Shown: in pieces, positions 12,351-22,283 of the stretch
How positions within the stretch are numbered: the stretch's first letter is position 1
Layout: each line of letters begins with the position of its first letter
The notes under the pieces: model-generated
Seen by the model: the letters and a program-made list of their open reading frames with translations, nothing else
What the model was told of the DNA's origin: nothing
Database searches by the model: none
Program-made: the position numbers and the translations under genes
Assembly (NCBI RefSeq): GCF_006345805.1
Contig: NW_021831938.1
Span: forward strand, 1-33,565
Length of the DNA: 33,565 nucleotides
Source: Octopus sinensis
Taxonomy: Eukaryota
Direction: 5' to 3'

Positions 12351-12972
12351 ATGAAATTCCTTCCCTTTTTATACTCAATTTTCCAATCAAATTGATATTT
12401 TCTAGCCTAATCTCAGGCGATTTTTTGCGTCTATCTTCTTTCAATCGGACCTCACATTAAATATGCCCTTCTATGCAACAGTTTCTCTAAGTTCACAATA
12501 TCTCACACCTATTTTTCCTCATTTTCTGAAAGCATAGCTTAATATACTCTGAGACTTGGTGTTATAATCAGTTCATTCCCAGACGACTTTCATGTTTTTC
12601 ACCTAAATTAAAATTAAACTAGTTGAGCCAATACTTATGCCAAACATTTCCGAATTGAAATTTGAATTTATGGATCTGTAAGTACCGTGGTGTAAGATAT
12701 TTTGTTTGCCGCACTAACGTATCTTCAGAATACACACACAGGCACAAGCACACACACACACACACACACACACACGCGCGCGCTCGCGCGCACACACACA
12801 CACCTGCATAAGCACACACACACACGCACAAGCACACACACACACAGACACGCACACACACATTTATATTAATCGTAGTCTAACTGATTTGAACCTTTTC
12901 TATTGTATCTATTATATTAGTATAGCGCCTCCGGTTCGACTTCAGCACTTATACGCCAAGTATGTTTTTCGA

Positions 12973-13060
12973 AAGATGAGGACAAATATCCGTCAAATGT
13001 AAATGATGTAAATAATGTAAATAATGTACATAATACCTTATCTCTTAAATATAGAACTGT
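12973..13060 (+). mobile_element. Penelope family B 3' tail fragment (hammerhead part missing)
   Basis: aagatgaggacaaatatccgtcaaatgtaaat...tctcttaaatatagaactgt is the near reverse complement of 16011-16087. Confidence 0.85.
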
Positions 13061-13400
13061 TACATAGTCGTGTTCCACAAGTTTCTAGTAATTTGCACCT
13101 GATGTTAATGGACGTATGATCGCCCTTTGGGCGCCGTATGTATGCTGTGAGTGTCGTTGTGTTGCGTCTCATCGGGACCCCGAAAGAAGATCTGTGGTTG
13201 TTCAGGTGAATTTTAATTTTGGATTCACAAGACCCGACATAAATTTTAGTGTATGGCCCTGTGTTAGCATAGATGTTACTGCTATTCGTGCTGTTTCTGT
13301 TTGGGGCTACCTTTGCTTGGTACGCTGTAACCTCGGTGTTACACCGGTCGTCCACTGGGTATTCATCTCTAATCCTGTATGAACAATCTGCCTCTGTCTA
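13061..13400 (-). mobile_element. Penelope-like element (family B) GIY-YIG endonuclease fragment
   Basis: Translation CSYRIRDEYPVDDRCNTEVTAYQAKV...TKIYVGSCESKIKIHLNNHRSSF...NTTTLTAYIRRPK...INIRCKLLE matches the PLE endonuclease pattern (CP..G.C....VVYQA.V...YIG..E..FK.R..NH.SSF....T.LS.YIW.LK...I.W.IL). Confidence 0.85.
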
Positions 13401-13586
13401 TGGTAATTTTTTCTTAACATTGGGTGTACAACTGAAAGAGACCCTTAAATCAGGTCTGTTAAAAGATATTTCTATATTTGTGTGATCACATGAAATGCCT
13501 CTCAACCAACCTGAGAAAAATCTTACCTACGCCTGCTCTACATTTTATACGGTTTGCTCTTCTCCTGATTTGTGATGCTATAACGA

Positions 13587-13617
<31 letters not shown>

Positions 13618-13630
13618 TGCTGACATGCTG

Positions 13631-13890
13631 AGAACCCCTTCGGTCATGACTGACAATTGGGGTTGCACCTAGAAAATTACCCTCCTAGGCACAAGTCCAA
13701 GCAAAGTTGTTTATAGAAGACTAGCAGTCGCTCATGCATACCGGTCTCCCCTCTCCACGCCATCAGTGTTATCCAAGGGAAAGGCAAAAGGGGCGAATAC
13801 AGTTTGGCACCTGTGACGTCGCAACTCATTTCTACAGCTGAGTGAACTGGAGCAACGTGAAATAAAGTGTCTTGCTCAAGAACACAACAC
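13631..13890 (-). mobile_element. SINE family 3, 5'-truncated
   Basis: The reverse complement aligns with 27590-27825 (ttcttgagcaagacactttatttcacgttgctccagttcactcagctgtagaaatgagtt...cacaggtgccaa...ccttggataac). Confidence 0.9.
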
Positions 13891-13904
13891 TTTATTTCAC
13901 TGCC

Positions 13905-14045
13905 TCCTTCATTGAGCTGCGTCCATGCTCCAGCATCACTTTGAAGTGCTTCATTTTTTAAAACCCTAGTACTAAGTTGCTAGGATGAAAACAAACCAGC
14001 ATCGGGTCTCAAGTGGTTGCAAACATGAGACACACACACATAGAC
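13905..14045 (-). mobile_element. Degenerate 3' half of SINE family 1
   Basis: gcgtccatgctccagcatcacttt and accagcatcggg...acacacac resemble 2405-2580. Confidence 0.55.
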
Positions 14046-14065
14046 ATATATTACATAGGTTTACA

Positions 14066-14750
14066 TACACTGGGTTGAGGAATAATTAATGATCATTTTT
14101 TGAAATTTAAAAATGTACGCAGAAATAAAGCGCATTAGCAAAATGTTTTATGCTATTTAAAAGAGAATTTTTGCCCTTCGAAATTATTGTGCTTTGAGTT
14201 TTTTTCATTTTATTCATTTCTGTATATTTTCAGATCATTGAAATGGAATGTCAAGTATACAAAGCTGATTGTTTTCGATACCATTTGCTTTTTGCATTTA
14301 ATCAAAGTGTTAAGTCCGCCGAAGCTGCTTCGAGATTTGTTCTCTGTATGGCGGAGGAGCCATGCCTCAAAGTACCAAGTCGCCGTTGATTTTCGCACTT
14401 CAAAAATGGGAATTTTGACCTGAAGGTCGGATCACACTCTGGTCGACCAACTGAGTTTGATGAAGAGCGATTGGATCAACTTCTTCACAGAAATTCACGT
14501 CAAGCAACCGGAGATATGATGGAGCAGATGGATTGTGATAAAAAAAAAAAAAAAACTGTGGTGAACCATCTTCTCTATGGTCAAGATTCAGAAACTCGGT
14601 GCTTGGGTGCAAGACACTTCGAGCAAAAACAACAAAAAATCAACGCTCCACAATCGTCTCCAGCTTACTTGCTCAACGTCGCTTAACACATGGTCACAAA
14701 CAACGTTTTCTTTACGGTATTGTCACTGGCGATAAAAAATGGTGCTGTTC
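14066..14750 (+). mobile_element. Mariner DNA transposon, left end plus decayed transposase N-terminus to the first catalytic motif
   Basis: TA plus a TIR-like start at 14066 and an ATG at 14243. Frameshifted translation MECQVYKADCFRYHLLFAFNQ...FKNGNFDLK...SGRPTEFDEERLDQLL...KIQKLGAWV...QRFLYGIVTGDKKW contains the mariner landmarks SGRP, WV(P) and (R)IVTGD(E)KW. Confidence 0.9.
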
Positions 14751-14877
14751 CTAAGTACGTTCTGTGTGAATGTAATACTTACATCCGACGTGCACAATTC
14801 AGGTCATAACACACACACATACACACACACACACATACACAGATATATATATATATATATATAAATATATAAAGGGA

Positions 14878-15085
14878 AAGTTTACGAAAATAAACAAAAG
14901 ACGAAGGCAGGTGGAGTACAAACAAACAAATGTATTAGTATAGCGCTCAGGAATAGAAAAGTCTTTTATGTTTCGAGCCTACGCACTTCGACAGAAAGAT
15001 ACACAGAAAAAAACAAGGAGAGAAACACGGAGAAAAAAAAAGGGAGAGAAAAAAATGCGTGTAGGAGCTAACGATCTATCATGGC
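14878..15085 (-). mobile_element. Penelope family A-type 3' tail with a variant hammerhead motif
   Basis: The reverse complement reads atcttt-CTGTCGA-a-gtgc-gtag-gctc-GAAA-cata-aaagac...ctaatacatttgtttgtttgtactccacctgccttcgtcttttgttt and is homologous to 290-400. Confidence 0.7.
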
Positions 15086-16010
15086 ATATATATTACATGT
15101 GTGTAAGCAATGCTCTTGCTATATGGCCATAATATACAGCCTAGTTCCTATTTATCTACATTTCGTCTAAATCTCGTTTTGACCAAGTTTTTATACACTT
15201 TCCAGATATGAAACTGATAATGTAGAGGTCACGTCAGAAAATACTCGTTAAATTCTTCATTACGTTTTCCTTATGAATGTCAACAACATACAATATAATT
15301 AACCCTTCTTTTATATCTTCTCTTTTCTCCTATTTGCTCCTCAAACACTCATTCATTTTCATCTTACCATCTGAAATTTATTCACATTATTCTGACATAA
15401 GCCATATCCGCCACAAAAAATCTTAAACAACGCATACCGAATAAACTATTTACGTTTAAAGAACTACTATAGTGTTATAGTGACAGAATTCCACGAGCGG
15501 TTCATTTGAGAGTGTTAACCATTCTATCTCTATACAGAATGCTAATGAATCATTCATTATTTTACAATACGATGCCTTGAGCAATGTCAGATTCCTCTTT
15601 TGTTTAACTTAAGCCTTGGTAAATTTAATCATAGAGTTTTACGTAATTTGTGCCTAGCCACCATGTCACGATCGTAAAACCAATATCACAAGTGATGGTA
15701 GGATAGCTAACTAATCAAATATCGGAAGCGTCATTGTATTGTAAGATAGGAGGAACTTTCAATAAGGTTTACAAATGAGAAATTCTATATCTCTTGTTTT
15801 CAACTCTATAGGGAATGTTCGAGGGTATAAATACGAGGAGATTTCTATAAATTTCTTCGTCAGGATGATTAATCGAAAATACATTTAAAAACGTAACATT
15901 AAATGAATTACTTTTGCGTTTTAGGATCATAAAAATTATTAATGGATAATGAAATTGGACCAATCATTATTGTACGGGTTCAATTTCGTTTGAAGAGAAA
16001 CATATACTAC

Positions 16011-16160
16011 AGTTCTATATTTAAGAGATGAGGAATTATGTACCTTATATACATTATTTACATTTGACGGATATTTGTCCTCATCTTGTTTGTTGTTAAC
16101 ATAACGTTTCGGCTGGTATATCCTCCAGGCTTCATCAGGTGTCTTGGGGAAATTTCGAAC
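16011..16160 (-). mobile_element. Penelope family B 3' tail containing a minimal type I hammerhead motif
   Basis: The reverse complement reads gacac-CTGATGA-agcctggaggatataccagcc-GAAA-CGTT-atgtt, followed by the tail shared with 12973-13060. Confidence 0.8.
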
Positions 16161-16244
16161 ACAACATTCCTTCTCTAAGCACCATTGCCACCTTCAGCTC
16201 TCCTGGTCACTTGTTAACTTCTCACCCAATCCATTCGTAATATA

Positions 16245-16345
16245 TTGAGCTTCTACAGTTTCCGCCGAGGTCGACTTTGCTTTTCATCCTTTCGGGGTCG
16301 ATAAATTAAGTACCAGTTGCGTCCTTGGTCAAACTAATTTCCCTC
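16245..16345 (+). mobile_element. SINE family 2 internal fragment
   Basis: ttccgccgaggtcgactttgcttttcatcctttcggggtcgataaattaagtaccagttgc is nearly identical to the core of the copies at 21865-22893. Confidence 0.9.
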
Positions 16346-16389
16346 ACACTCCACCAACTGTGATCAACCATTGCTCGAAATTGGTCCCC

Positions 16390-16780
16390 CAGGCCATCAC
16401 AGAATAGCTGTCGTGTTTCATTGTTGGCTGCGATATTTCTACATAAAATTCTTGATCACAGAGTCTCCAAGCCCACACTCCACCGCTCTCAGGAAATGCT
16501 AGTGGCCACTCCACAATTTCACTGGCCCAGTCGTTTCTCCTCTTGATGTTAACTGGTAGAATTCGTGGCTTCCTTCTTGCTGCTTTGCCATAGTAATCAA
16601 GTTTGTGGAGATACCTGACAGCTGTTCTGGGACTGGCATCCACTTATTCTGCTATGCGAGAGGCCTTCCAATTAGGATTATCCTCCATAATTCTCTTATC
16701 AATTAGAAGGCTCCTGTCAGAGGTCTCTGGTTGATCTGGGCGAGGTGATGTGGTAAATTGCACAATCACTCTATTAACTC
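16390..16780 (-). mobile_element. Tc1-family transposase fragment (HTH/linker region), decayed
   Basis: Translation ...TSPRPDQPETSDRSL...VDASPRTAVRYLHKLDYYGKAARRKPRILPVNIKRRNDWA...SGGVWAWRL...QPTMKHDSYSVMAWG matches Tc1 motifs (G..ARRKP.L...N.K.R..WA; PTVKHGG.SVMVWG). Confidence 0.85.
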
Positions 16781-17383
16781 GAGAGACAGACAAACAGCTA
16801 GATAGATAGATAGATGAACGTAGACCATATCATCCTTTAAAATCTAAGTGCACAATTGATTCCACATATAGATAAAAAAAAAAAACATCGATCAAACGCT
16901 GAGGCACACAGCAATTCATTAATGCTTACACTTGGTGCATGGATAGGGATAGCACTATCTCCCCCCACACCCTTTTATTAACATTAACTCATGCCAATTT
17001 ATTCAAAGATAACTGCAGTTTAACACTGACGTTCGTACAAGCAGATCTATTTGCATTTGTCCCATTCTCTAAATATTGAAAAAATATCGAAAGAATTATA
17101 TATATATACATGTATATGCTACGTTAGAATATAAATGCATACATAAATACATAACATACATATATATCTATACAAACACACACTCTCCCTATATATAGTT
17201 ATATAAATTTTAGGAGAGAAAATGTGTGTATGTGTATTATGTAAGCATGCATTTATATACTGAAATAGCACTGACAAACGGAAGTATATCTGTTTTGAAT
17301 ATATATGTATTTTCTTGGAAATGTCCATCAATGACTTTTTTTATCAAATGCTACATAAATATTGCTGCAGGCAAACGAATCCT

Positions 17384-17417
17384 ATAATAATAATAACAAT
17401 AATAATAATACTACTAC

Positions 17418-17473
<56 letters not shown>

Positions 17474-17545
17474 ATAATAATAATAATAATAATAATAATC
17501 ATGATGATAATGATGATCATGTCAATGAGGATGAAGATGAGTATG
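17384..17545. repeat. (AAT)n-(ACT)n-(AAT)n-(GAT)n compound trinucleotide tract
   Basis: Direct reading. Confidence 0.95.
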
Positions 17546-17699
17546 ATGGAAAATGAAGAAAATATTCTAAATCTGATGCGGTAGCGATGCAAATTTGTGT
17601 GTTAATACAAAAGTGGCTAACAAGCATCAGGAAATATCAGCGTTTTTGAAAAGCTTTTCATCTACCTCACAAATGGAAATGCAATATTAATTTACTACA

Positions 17700-17753
17700 T
17701 ATTATACTTATATATATATAAGTATAATATGTATATATTTATATGCATGTGTG

Positions 17754-17788
<35 letters not shown>

Positions 17789-18022
17789 ATGTATATATAT
17801 ATATATATATATATGTATATACTTATACATATATAAGTATATATATGTATGTATATATATATATATATATTATATATGTGTATTATTCTTACTGCTTTTG
17901 GGATTTGTCCATCTCGTGATATATGTGTACACACGCATAAATACATCTCACTCACACACACATACGCAGATGCATACCTATGTACACATACACACACACT
18001 CACACACATATATAGATGCATA

Positions 18023-18074
<52 letters not shown>

Positions 18075-18200
18075 GATAGATAGATAGATAGATAGATAGG
18101 TAGATAGATAGATAGATATGTGTGTGTGTGTATATATATAAACAGATAGAAACAAAAAATTTTAAAAGGGAGAGGGTGAAAGAGAGAGAGAATGAGAGTG
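17700..18200. repeat. (TA)/(TG)/(CA)/(GATA)/(GA) compound microsatellite
   Basis: Direct reading. Confidence 0.9.
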
Positions 18201-18299
18201 AGCGGGTTGTATTGTTATTGATTTCTAATAGATTCCTCAAATTTCTAATCAGTAGGGCTTACAATTATCTGCCGATAATTTTCCTTGATACAAAATAAA

Positions 18300-18955
18300 G
18301 GTTTCAAATTTTGGGACAATACCAGCAATTTTCAATGGGATGGTGTTACCTGACTACATTGAACCTTATGTAGCAATGGTTAAATTTTTGATTGACCCGA
18401 AATCATGAAAGGGCGAAGTCAGCTTGATTGAATTTGAATGCAGGAATGTTGCTTATTATTTTCTTCGGCGTACTAACGCTTCTGATATCAAGACAACTCC
18501 TTGTTGTAGAATAATTCTTTCAAAGCCCGAAGTCTTGAAGTGAGAGGTGTGGCTCGGTTGCATCGAACCCAGTCTTCAAGAGGTGCTAATTTCATCAACC
18601 TTGAAAGGATGGAAGACAAAGTGAAACTCGGCGGAATTTTGAACTCAACATAATGCCGGTTGGAATACCATAAAGCCCATTTTTGTCCGACGTCACAACG
18701 ACTCTGATTGTTCATCGCCTTTTTGATACGTAAAAATGGCTTCCAATGTTGGTAAACGTTCGGGAGATTTTGAGAGAAGAATATTAGGATGAGGATTAGA
18801 GTTTGTTGGACCCCACTACTTGATTGGTACTTGTTATATCAACATGTGTAAAGATGAATTGAAATGGTGACGTCGGCAGATTTTCCAATCAAAAAGTAAA
18901 AACGGACGAAGAGCTACTAAACAGTTATGCTAGCTCGCTGCCTTCTTAATTAGAA
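18300..18955 (-). mobile_element. Three old, highly diverged SINE family 2 copies in the same orientation (about 18300-18485, 18500-18722, 18810-18955)
   Basis: Residual motifs include gaaaggatggaagacaaagtgaaactcggcggaattttgaactca, ggtttcaaattttgggacaataccagcaatttt (tail) and gctagctcgctgcctt (head). Confidence 0.6.
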
Positions 18956-19135
18956 AAGAAATTAAACTGATAAGTAAATCGAAATTATATTCATCAGGAT
19001 TTGAACCCAGCGCGTAAAGCTATCTAACTACAACGGTACAATGTATATCGTTCTATATGAAATTTATTCGTGCAACCATATTTACATGCATTTTAAAGAT
19101 AAAGTCCAACCACACTAGTATCTCAAATGCATCTC

Positions 19136-19176
<41 letters not shown>

Positions 19177-19228
19177 ACTAGCCTAGCTGTTGATACACGC
19201 ACACATACACATATACATGCTTATATAA

Positions 19229-19285
<57 letters not shown>

Positions 19286-19361
19286 AACAGACAAAGAGAG
19301 TGAGAGAGAGAGCTGTATACATTTATATGTATATGTGCGTGTATTTGTCTGTGTGTGAATT

Positions 19362-19413
<52 letters not shown>

Positions 19414-19970
19414 CAGAGACAGACGCGTTCATTTACAAGTAGTATATATTATAAGACAGCCATTAATATATTTAATACATATATTGGTTTTAAATTTTCA
19501 ATAATATGACATTTCCTTTATCAATTCTTAAAAATGTTTTGCTATAATTTTCTTTATGATATACATTATCTCATCTTGATTGAGCTTCAAGGAAAATTAG
19601 CTCGGCTGCTTCCTCTACCTTGTCGGAAAGGCGCTGTCAGGAGACAAAACCAGAAATACGTATTCAGGAATATATGTAATAAATAAAATCAATAAATGTC
19701 TTCTATAAATTGAATGAAAATATCAAGCCTGAATCCCAATTTTTGTCACGTGGCATTTATTAAATTTTCTGTATTATATGGAAGAAATTATTGGTTATAT
19801 TGAATAGGAAAACCTGGATTGTATCTTATATTAAAGTAGTTTCACTTTATTGCTCTTACCTGTATCATATCTATTGGATGGATATACATACATGCATACA
19901 TACTTATATACATACATGTATACACACACTTATAAATTCTTGATTAAACGTGAGTTTTATATACATATAC

Positions 19971-20067
<97 letters not shown>

Positions 20068-20150
20068 CAGACAGATATACGTATGCATGTATGTGTGTAT
20101 GTGTGGAGGTGCGTGTGTGTGAATGTATCCATATTTATCATAAGAATCTT

Positions 20151-20365
20151 TAAGGCGGCGAACTAGCAGATTCGTTAGCATTTAGCATTCTGGGTAAAAT
20201 GCTTAGCTGTTTTTACGCTCTCAGTCCAAATTCCATCGGGGTTCGATTTTGCTTTTGATGCATCCGGGGTGGATGAAATAAGAACCAGGTAAGCACTGGG
20301 GTAAATGTAATCGGTTAGTTCCTTCCTGAAAATCTCGAGAGATATGTCTATTGTAGAATGGATTA
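20151..20365 (+). mobile_element. SINE family 2, diverged full-length copy
   Basis: taaggcggcgaactagcagattcgttagca...aaatgcttagc...aagcactggggtaaatgtaatcg matches the family head and core. Confidence 0.8.
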
Positions 20366-20726
20366 TTACTGTCGTTGGTCTCTTCAAAACTGCTATGAGC
20401 GACCACAGAGGGATCGAAATAATGAGCTAAGTCTCAATTATTCGTAGAAAACGCATATCTCTCTCTTCACATGCTGTTGATTATACATATATGCACACAC
20501 ACACATCCATAACGTATGCACATGAATAAGCACATACACATACGTATGCATATGTGCGTGTATGCATGCGCGTATGTGCATAAGAATGTGTGTACGTTGT
20601 GTGTAAAGTATGCATACATGTTTATACTGTTGAACTTCGTTTTTATAAGCATGCGTGTAGACGTAGGTCGCATGTTGAGAATCTTGGGATCAAATCGCCT
20701 CCTCTTCTTTTCTTTGCGTGATCTAG

Positions 20727-20885
20727 TTAATCTATGAGTGCACCTGGAGGGAAAATGCTCGAAACAGCTTGGACGTATGGAAAGGAAAAAACGACACTCA
20801 CACCGCTATGGAAAGAACACACAACCGTCTCTGTGGAGGAGTTCAACTCACAGAATTCTATGATTTTCTCAGTTATTCGAATGAG
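20727..20885 (+). CDS. Candidate 159-nt phase-0/0 internal exon (LIYECTWRENARNSLDVWKGKNDTHTAMERTHNRLCGGVQLTEFYDFLSYSNE), product unknown
   Basis: Strong pyrimidine tract cctcctcttcttttctttgcgtgatctAG, donor GAG|GTGACA, an open frame across the whole exon, and higher GC than the flanks. No homology recognised. Confidence 0.3.
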
Positions 20886-21040
20886 GTGACAAAATAATGA
20901 CGTTGTTTCATGAAATAAAGACCGAGGAAAAGGATACATCCCTATTTGTGAATCCGAGAGGGAAATATGCTAAATAAAATCATAAGTAAATGATCCTTCT
21001 GTATTTTCTTTTCATCAAAGCCAGAAACTTTTCAGTTCCC

Positions 21041-21094
<54 letters not shown>

Positions 21095-21171
21095 GCATAC
21101 ATACATACATACATACAACATACATACATACATACATACAACATACATACATACATACATACATACATACA

Positions 21172-21208
<37 letters not shown>

Positions 21209-21510
21209 CCGTTCGATTCACCTCGAATCGAACGGCTTTTGTGTGTTTCTTAAATGGCTTACAAACACCTTCCACGCTGCAATTGTTTTCGTTTCAGCAC
21301 ACGATCTCAGATCAAATCACTTGCTATGCAGGTACATCTCTGTAATATATATATATACAGTGATACCATTCTCATCTTCATTAAAACATAACAATGTGTA
21401 ACCAAGAACACCGTGATTTTAAGATCCAGCCTCCAGGACTATTTACTGAAATAATCCTCATGACAGTACATGTAGCCTTATTTCGTCATTTGCTTTAATT
21501 TGGCCGACAG

Positions 21511-21586
21511 TAAACCAATTGGAGTTACTAAATGGTGGGAGGATCAGGCTCACTATATAGCTCCTGTTTGCGTGGGATCTAAAATA
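21511..21586 (+). CDS. Candidate 76-nt exon (KPIGVTKWWEDQAHYIAPVCVGSKI), product unknown
   Basis: Acceptor cttatttcgtcatttgctttaatttggccgacAG, donor |GTATGT, and one open frame. No homology recognised. Confidence 0.2.
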
Positions 21587-21864
21587 GTATGTTATAACTA
21601 CTCGCTGATAATTTTCAGAATAATTAATAAGGAAATATAAATACAAATACTAGATATTCTATAAGACAAACAGACAAAATACGAAAGCATCATCAGTTTA
21701 CAAAACGTAATCTTAGAACGTAACAAAACATATATTAATAACAATTAATAGCCACCAAAAAGACTACTGTGCGTATTTAAAACTGGCATGAAATTCTTGA
21801 AAACATTATAAACATAAAAATTCATGAGATGTTTTCACACATGATCGCATTATATACATATTTC

Positions 21865-22232
21865 TAAGGCGGCGAGCTGGCAGAAACGGGCGAAATGTTT
21901 ATCGGGAATTCTAAGTTCAAATTCCGCCGAGGTCGACTTTATCTTTCATCCTCTAGGGGTTGATAAATTAAGTACCAGTTGCATACTGGAGTAGAGAATA
22001 TCATATAAATGCTTTTAAGGCAGTGAGCTAGTAGAATAGCGCGCTAGACGAAATGCTTAGCGGTATATCCTCCGTCGCTACGTTTTGAGTTCAAATTCCG
22101 CCGAGATCGACTTTATCTTTCATCCTTTCGGGGTCGATAAAATAAGTACCAATTGAACACTGGGGTCGATGTAATCGACTCATCCCCTCCCCAAAAATTG
22201 CAGCCCCTGTGACAGAATTTGAAGCCATTATG
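21865..22232 (+). mobile_element. Two tandem SINE family 2 copies (21865-21990 and 22016-22232)
   Basis: Heads taaggcggcgagctggcagaaac and taaggcagtgagctagtagaat. Both carry gagttcaaattccgccgag(g/a)tcgacttt...tcatcct...ggg(g)t(c/t)gataaa.taagtacca, which resembles the MetaSINE core domain. Confidence 0.9.
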
Positions 22233-22283
22233 TTGATGCTTCTAGACTTGGAGTAACTTTGATATTTTACACGAGAAATCTTA

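Noticed and set aside
18985-19010. Additional CTGATGA matches (reverse complement near 18992 and near 21695; plus strand near 26828)
   Set aside because: No stem II plus GAAA follows, so these are not hammerheads.
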